From positions 736,001 through 800,000 of the forward strand of contig CAXXIA010000002.1 in NCBI GenBank assembly GCA_963666985.2: 64,000 bases of DNA, written 5' to 3'. The position numbers and the translations under genes were made by a program. The notes beneath the pieces are model-generated. The model was given only the letters and a program-made list of their open reading frames with translations. It searched no databases and was not told the origin of the DNA. Positions 59,191-64,000 of this stretch are shown piece by piece. The stretch is from Spirochaetia bacterium (GTDB lineage Bacteria; Spirochaetota; Spirochaetia; DSM-2461). How positions within the stretch are numbered: the stretch's first letter is position 1; the number at the start of each line of letters is the position of its first letter.

Positions 59191-60345
59191 TCACTTGCGA
59201 TCGTCGAGACGAAGAGCCGATCCGAACACCGCCAGCAGAATCAAAGCGATCAGGGGAAAGAAGGCGGCGGCGGTAAACAAAACGGCGAACCCGGCATACT
59301 CCAGAATGAATCCGCCGAAAAAACTCACCACGAGCTGTGTCGCGTTGAACGTAAACGCCGTGAACATTCCCATTCCCAAGGCCCTCCGTCCTTCCGGAAT
59401 AACACGGTTTACCCAATCCACGCCGGCAATGAGGAAAAAACCATAGTTGAACGCATGTGTCAGCTGAGAAAGAACAACGGGAAGAGGCGAAGGGAAAACG
59501 GCCAGAACAATCATCCGCAAGAGTCCGGAAGCAAATGAAATCATCAGCATTCGGCGGTGGTTCAGCCCCCGCAAGATCCGGCCGCCGAAAATCATAACGG
59601 GAATCTCGCAGAAGGAAGCCAGGGCGAAAAGACCGCTGACGCGGGAAACACCGACAATCTCGGCGAAATAAAGAGATCCGAAAGCCTGGTAAACACCGAA
59701 ACTGATATGCCCTAAGAAACCGATGAGCAGAAAAAGAAAAAACTTCCGAGGCATTTTCGCATCAATCGAAGATGTTTCATCTCCGCCGGATTTTCTAACC
59801 TCGGGAAGAACGGGAACGGCCGCCAAAAGAACGGCAAACGCCAGAAAAAAGATGGAAAAGAGTCTCCTTGGTGAATCCGTATCCATCAGTGCCGTGAGCT
59901 GCAGAATAATGGAAACGACGATGAAACTCACCGTACCCCAGACTCGAACACGCCCATAGTTTCCCGAAGAATCTTTGAGGGATCTCCCGGTAAGGGCATC
60001 GGTCATGGGAACAATCGGCTTCATGGCCAGTCCATACAAAGCCGCCGCGGCCATAACGAGGGGAAAAACGGAAGATCGGTCCAGCAGAAAAAGGGCCGTC
60101 AGCGTCAACGCGACGAGAAGGGCTATCATTCCCCGATATCGCCCGAAACGGTCCGCGATATTCGAAACGAGAAACGGAGCGGCAACGCCGAATATTTCCA
60201 TGGCGCCCAAAATTAAACCGATTTTCGACGGAGTATACCCTCTGAGCTTCAGATAAATGGGCAAAAAGGGAATAATAACGGCGACCGTTGCGAAGATAAC
60301 GGCATAAAACACGCCGAATCGAATCAAACTCTTTTTATCGTCCAT
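59191..60345 (-). CDS. MFS transporter
   Basis: About 12 TM segments, ADRFGR, YGRVRVWGT, EIP, QLTHA. Confidence 0.88.
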   Translation of the reverse strand: MDDKKSLIRFGVFYAVIFATVAVIIPFLPIYLKLRGYTPSKIGLILGAMEIFGVAAPFLVSNIADRFGRYRGMIALLVALTLTALFLLDRSSVFPLVMAAAALYGLAMKPIVPMTDALTGRSLKDSSGNYGRVRVWGTVSFIVVSIILQLTALMDTDSPRRLFSIFFLAFAVLLAAVPVLPEVRKSGGDETSSIDAKMPRKFFLFLLIGFLGHISFGVYQAFGSLYFAEIVGVSRVSGLFALASFCEIPVMIFGGRILRGLNHRRMLMISFASGLLRMIVLAVFPSPLPVVLSQLTHAFNYGFFLIAGVDWVNRVIPEGRRALGMGMFTAFTFNATQLVVSFFGGFILEYAGFAVLFTAAAFFPLIALILLAVFGSALRLDDRK

Positions 60346-60354
60346 TTTCTTATC

Positions 60355-60972
60355 TCAATTCCAGGAGGCCAGATATTCGGCCAATTCAACCGTCCAGGAA
60401 GACGGATTCCGGTCTTTCGTATCAAACACATGCCCTCCCAAATCACCGAAGGCCGCAAGATTATATTCATTATCGTCGACAAGCAGGGTTTCCGAAGGCC
60501 GCAAATCAAGGTCGTTAAGGATTAATTGAAACGCCGAAAAAGAAGGCTTTCCTTCAAATCCCATACGGCGCAGATCCCAAATACGCGGAAACAAATCGGC
60601 AACACCCAAGGCGGAAAGAGTCCTTTGAGCATGCTCCAAAGGAGAATTGGTAAAAAGGACGTACTCGTTGGAAAGAGAGAGAAGAAACTTTCGAAGCTGA
60701 GGATCCGGAGAGACCATACGGTCCACGTCCTGCGGATGGACCGCCTTCAGATAGGATTCGGGATCTTGAAGCCCGTGAAAAGAGCGGAGCCATTCAAGCG
60801 TGGTGCCGAACTCACTTCCCCGTGCCTGTCTCATCGCATTCGCCGTCTCCAAATCCACGGAAAGAAGCTCGGAAACAAAAAGCGACATCCGCCGATTCAT
60901 CTCCTGCATCAGCCCGCTTTCCGCGGGATACAGGGTATTATCCAGATCAAAGAGAATAAACGGTAATGTCAT
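60355..60972 (-). CDS. HAD hydrolase, pyrimidine 5'-nucleotidase-like
   Basis: FDLDNTLY, FTN, KP, VDD motifs. Confidence 0.88.
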   Translation of the reverse strand: MTLPFILFDLDNTLYPAESGLMQEMNRRMSLFVSELLSVDLETANAMRQARGSEFGTTLEWLRSFHGLQDPESYLKAVHPQDVDRMVSPDPQLRKFLLSLSNEYVLFTNSPLEHAQRTLSALGVADLFPRIWDLRRMGFEGKPSFSAFQLILNDLDLRPSETLLVDDNEYNLAAFGDLGGHVFDTKDRNPSSWTVELAEYLASWN

Positions 60973-61144
60973 GATCCCGAACCTATCCCGAAGACGGGCC
61001 GGGAGTCCAGAGCCGCGTTTCCGGCTCCCCGGCGCCGGAACGTCTTAATCGCGGCAAATCGATCGTGAGGTCCGGAACCCAAGTATGTAATCACGACAAG
61101 TCGGACCGAATCACGGCGGATCGCGGAGAATCGGGCCGGCTCTC

Positions 61145-61333
61145 CCCGGCCCTCTCCATTCCGCGCAAGCCGCCGCGGATTAAAATCTCCCGGACCTCTC
61201 CATTCCGCGCAAGCCGCCGCGGATTAAAATCTCCCGGACCTCTCCATTCCGCGCAAGCCGCCGCGGATCAAAATCTCCCGGCCCGCCCTTACCGCGCAAG
61301 CCGCCGCGGATCAAAATCTCCCGGCCCGCCCTT
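61145..61333. repeat. Tandem repeat, about four copies of a 43-44 bp unit
   Basis: Core CCGCGCAAGCCGCCGCGGATYAAAATCTCCCGG at 61161, 61205, 61249 and 61292; no unique spacers. Confidence 0.92.
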
Positions 61334-61366
61334 GCTCAGTGAGCCGGGAGAAGGTATTGTCGGCAC

Positions 61367-62635
61367 ATGCCTCCCTGGTATCGTTTGGATAATGCCGGAA
61401 AACTCTATCCGTCCCTCAGCGATCGGAGAATGACGACGATCTTCCGGCTTTCGGCCGATTTAACCGCTCCGATACATGCCGGCCGGCTTCAAGAGGCTCT
61501 GAATAATCTGATGCCCCGCTTCCCGCATTTCGCCGTGCATCTGAAAAAGGGAGTCTTCTGGTATTCGCTGGAAGCCTCGGCCCATACTCCGACGATTCAA
61601 GCGGATTCCAAGTATCCCTGCATGCGCTATCCCCTGCTTCGCCGCGGCGTTTTCCCTTTTCGGGTTCGATGCTGGAAGAACAGAATCGCGGTGGAGTTTT
61701 CCCATGTTCTCTCGGACGGTATGGGAGCCTCCGTATTTCTGAAATCACTTCTTGCCGAATATCTTCACTTAAGCGGCGTTACGCGGCGAGATTGCGGATC
61801 ACTTCCGATTCCAGGAGAACAGCCGAGGCCCGGAGAAGATGAAGATGCCTTTCGGCGATTCGGAGATCCCTCTTTTCCCAGTCCGCCGAAACTGGAGAAA
61901 GCCTTCCGTCTTCCTCTGCCGCTGGAAAAGCCGGGTTATTATAAAGTCACCACGGGGCGCATGCCTCTGAACGCGCTGAAAGAAAAGGCCGAGGATTACG
62001 GGGTAAGCGTTACGGAAATTCTTATCGCGGTGATGCTTGATTCCTTCCGAGCCCTCGTTCTCGACATGCCCCCGAGTCTTCGGGATAAACTCATCGCTCC
62101 CATCCGCATCAACGTGCCTGTGAATCTCAGGCGATTCTGGGATACGGAGACTCAAAGAAATTTTTTCATCAGCGTCGAGCCGGAAATAGATCCCCGCCTG
62201 GGCGATTGGAGCTTCGAGGAAATCGTCGACAGAACCCGGACGCATATGCGATACGAGGCGGACACCCGCTATCTGGCCCGCAGAATGGCCAGAAACATCA
62301 GGGGAGAACTGAACACCGCCGCCAGACTCCTCCCGCTGATGGTGAAAGACATCCTTCTGCCGCCGATTTACTCTTCCATGGCCGCAAAGCAATATACAAG
62401 CGGTCTGAGTAATTTGGGACTGATCACCATGCCCGATTATTTGTCGGAATATATCGAACGCTTCGATTTCATTCCGCCGCCGGCCGTCGCGGAAAGGGTG
62501 AAAGCTTCGGTAATCGGCTGGAAAGATACGGTGAATATGAGCTTCGGCAGGCTGATTCGGCCTTCGGTGGCGGAACGATATGTCTTCAGACGCTTGATCC
62601 AAATGGGAATTCCGGTCAAGGTCGAAAGTAACTGA
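61367..62635 (+). CDS. Alcohol-acetyltransferase-like (CoA-dependent acyltransferase fold) protein
   Basis: WYRLDNA, HVLSDG (HxxxDG), PVNLR, RNF, SNLG. Confidence 0.8.
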   Translation: MPPWYRLDNAGKLYPSLSDRRMTTIFRLSADLTAPIHAGRLQEALNNLMPRFPHFAVHLKKGVFWYSLEASAHTPTIQADSKYPCMRYPLLRRGVFPFRVRCWKNRIAVEFSHVLSDGMGASVFLKSLLAEYLHLSGVTRRDCGSLPIPGEQPRPGEDEDAFRRFGDPSFPSPPKLEKAFRLPLPLEKPGYYKVTTGRMPLNALKEKAEDYGVSVTEILIAVMLDSFRALVLDMPPSLRDKLIAPIRINVPVNLRRFWDTETQRNFFISVEPEIDPRLGDWSFEEIVDRTRTHMRYEADTRYLARRMARNIRGELNTAARLLPLMVKDILLPPIYSSMAAKQYTSGLSNLGLITMPDYLSEYIERFDFIPPPAVAERVKASVIGWKDTVNMSFGRLIRPSVAERYVFRRLIQMGIPVKVESN

Positions 62636-62704
62636 TGAAATTCGCCGGGGAAGATGCGGCGGCGCCGGCGAGTTATCGCCTGATCGGCTAAAGGGGGAAA
62701 AGCA

Positions 62705-63415
62705 GTGCCTTACTGTTCCAGATGCGGTGTGGAAGTGGCCCCGGCGGCGGCGGTCTGTCCGCTGTGCGACGCCCCGATACAGAAACTTCCCAAGGACGAC
62801 GGATCCCCATGGCCCGAAGATGAATCACCCGCTCCGCCCCCGGCCCCGCTGAATTCGGCCGAACGCATGGCCCTTGCCCGAACCATTACCACGCTCGGAT
62901 TTCTCATACCGGTCTTAATCGTGCTGACGGTGGATTGGTTTGTCAGCCGCAAATTGGGATGGTCCCTCTATGTTCTGGTTTCCTTGGGAGCCGCATGGCT
63001 CTGGGCCATTATTCCGCTCATTTTCAATAAAAAAACATTCCTTCTTATTTTCGCCGAAACCGCCGTGGCGCTGGCGTTGGAAACCGCCGTGGCTCTGCTC
63101 GCCGGCGATACCGTATGGCTGCTCCCGATAGGGATTCCGATAGTATCCCTGGCCGGTTTACTGACGGCGGGAGTTGTTACGGCGGCCCGCCGGTTCCACA
63201 GACTCGGCGGGAATCTGGCCGGATTGATTCTGATAGCGGTAACGGCATTGTCCGTCGCCACCGATATTCTTGTGAACTCCTGGCTGGGAGGAGCTTTAAA
63301 GCCCGGCTGGTCCATAATCGTGGCGGCAACGACGGTACCCATCGCGATTCTTCTTCTCTATCTGCACAACAGGCCTTCGAAACAGACAAGACTGAGGCGC
63401 TACTTCCACGTTTGA
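62705..63415 (+). CDS. Zinc-ribbon membrane protein (DUF6320-like)
   Basis: CSRC...CPLC then about six TM helices, C-terminal RRYFHV. Confidence 0.75.
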   Translation: MPYCSRCGVEVAPAAAVCPLCDAPIQKLPKDDGSPWPEDESPAPPPAPLNSAERMALARTITTLGFLIPVLIVLTVDWFVSRKLGWSLYVLVSLGAAWLWAIIPLIFNKKTFLLIFAETAVALALETAVALLAGDTVWLLPIGIPIVSLAGLLTAGVVTAARRFHRLGGNLAGLILIAVTALSVATDILVNSWLGGALKPGWSIIVAATTVPIAILLLYLHNRPSKQTRLRRYFHV

Positions 63416-63499
63416 AGTAAACGGCCGATGAAATCCGGCGATCTTCCCTGCGGCGGCGGGGAAGATCGCGGTGCCCGGCCATGCCGCGTCAACAGTCCG

Positions 63500-63982
63500 T
63501 TACGATTCGGAAGAATCGTCTTCCGCCTGATTCTCGGGCAGTTCGGGCAAATTCTCCCGGCGTTTGTCCAAATCCTTTTCCAGTCCGGCCAAGTCTTTTT
63601 TAAGCTCTTTCAGTTCCGCCTGTTTCGCTTTGATATCGGCATCAAGACCCGCGGTTCTTTTGGCCACGGAATCTCTCTTGCTCAGAACTTCCAGGTACTC
63701 AAGATGACTCTCCAAACCTCTCTTTTCCTCAAGAAGTTTCTCTATGCCCGCTCCAATCGCCTCACTCTCCGCTTTCCTGGCCGCGACATCCCCGCCGGGG
63801 ATATCTTTCGGAAGATTCCCAAGCCATATCTCTCCCAAATCCCGAAACGTATCATCAAGCATAACCCTTTGAGTTTCCAGGGTATTCTCAATCCAAGCGG
63901 ATCGTTTCTTCACCCCGCCCTTTCCGGGCAGGCTCTCCAGGGTTTCATCAAGGGATTTTTCCTCATTCTCCATTGATTCCAT
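63500..63982 (-). CDS. Hypothetical coiled-coil protein
   Basis: Charged heptad-rich ORF at the window edge; start uncertain. Confidence 0.55.
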   Translation of the reverse strand: MESMENEEKSLDETLESLPGKGGVKKRSAWIENTLETQRVMLDDTFRDLGEIWLGNLPKDIPGGDVAARKAESEAIGAGIEKLLEEKRGLESHLEYLEVLSKRDSVAKRTAGLDADIKAKQAELKELKKDLAGLEKDLDKRRENLPELPENQAEDDSSES

Positions 63983-64000
63983 CCGAAGACGGATTTCTTC

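Noticed and set aside
61145..61333. CRISPR array
   Set aside because: Head-to-tail tandem repeat without variable spacers; no cas genes

Overview
A 64-kb chromosomal window from a GC-rich bacterium, probably a free-living anaerobic spirochaete (inferred from 'FAGG'-type signal peptides, a FabV/Ter reductase, AAK-GNAT ArgA and a BMP-family protein). It holds a LacI-controlled sugar ABC operon with three isomerase/epimerase-type enzymes, and an AT-rich PrsW-family gene. It also holds an anaerobic purine-catabolism-type cluster (ygfK-ssnA-ygeY-thrC-like-xdh x3-PLP enzyme) with a divergent BMP binding protein, signalling genes, argA, a NadR-like enzyme, redox enzymes and adenine deaminase. Further on are a fabH-D-G-F-Z-V operon followed by a TetR gene, a sigma54-type hsp20, and a HAD-MFS-hslO-GH36-like run. 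I saw no rRNA, tRNA, CRISPR array, transposase or integrase. The most unusual signal is non-coding: two inverted, diverged copies of a ~200-300 bp element (about 1057-1330 and 12880-13173) share six colinear sequence blocks separated by hairpins of different sequence. A 5 x 33-bp hairpin array with compensatory base changes also sits inside the fab operon. All calls are by eye; no searches were run.
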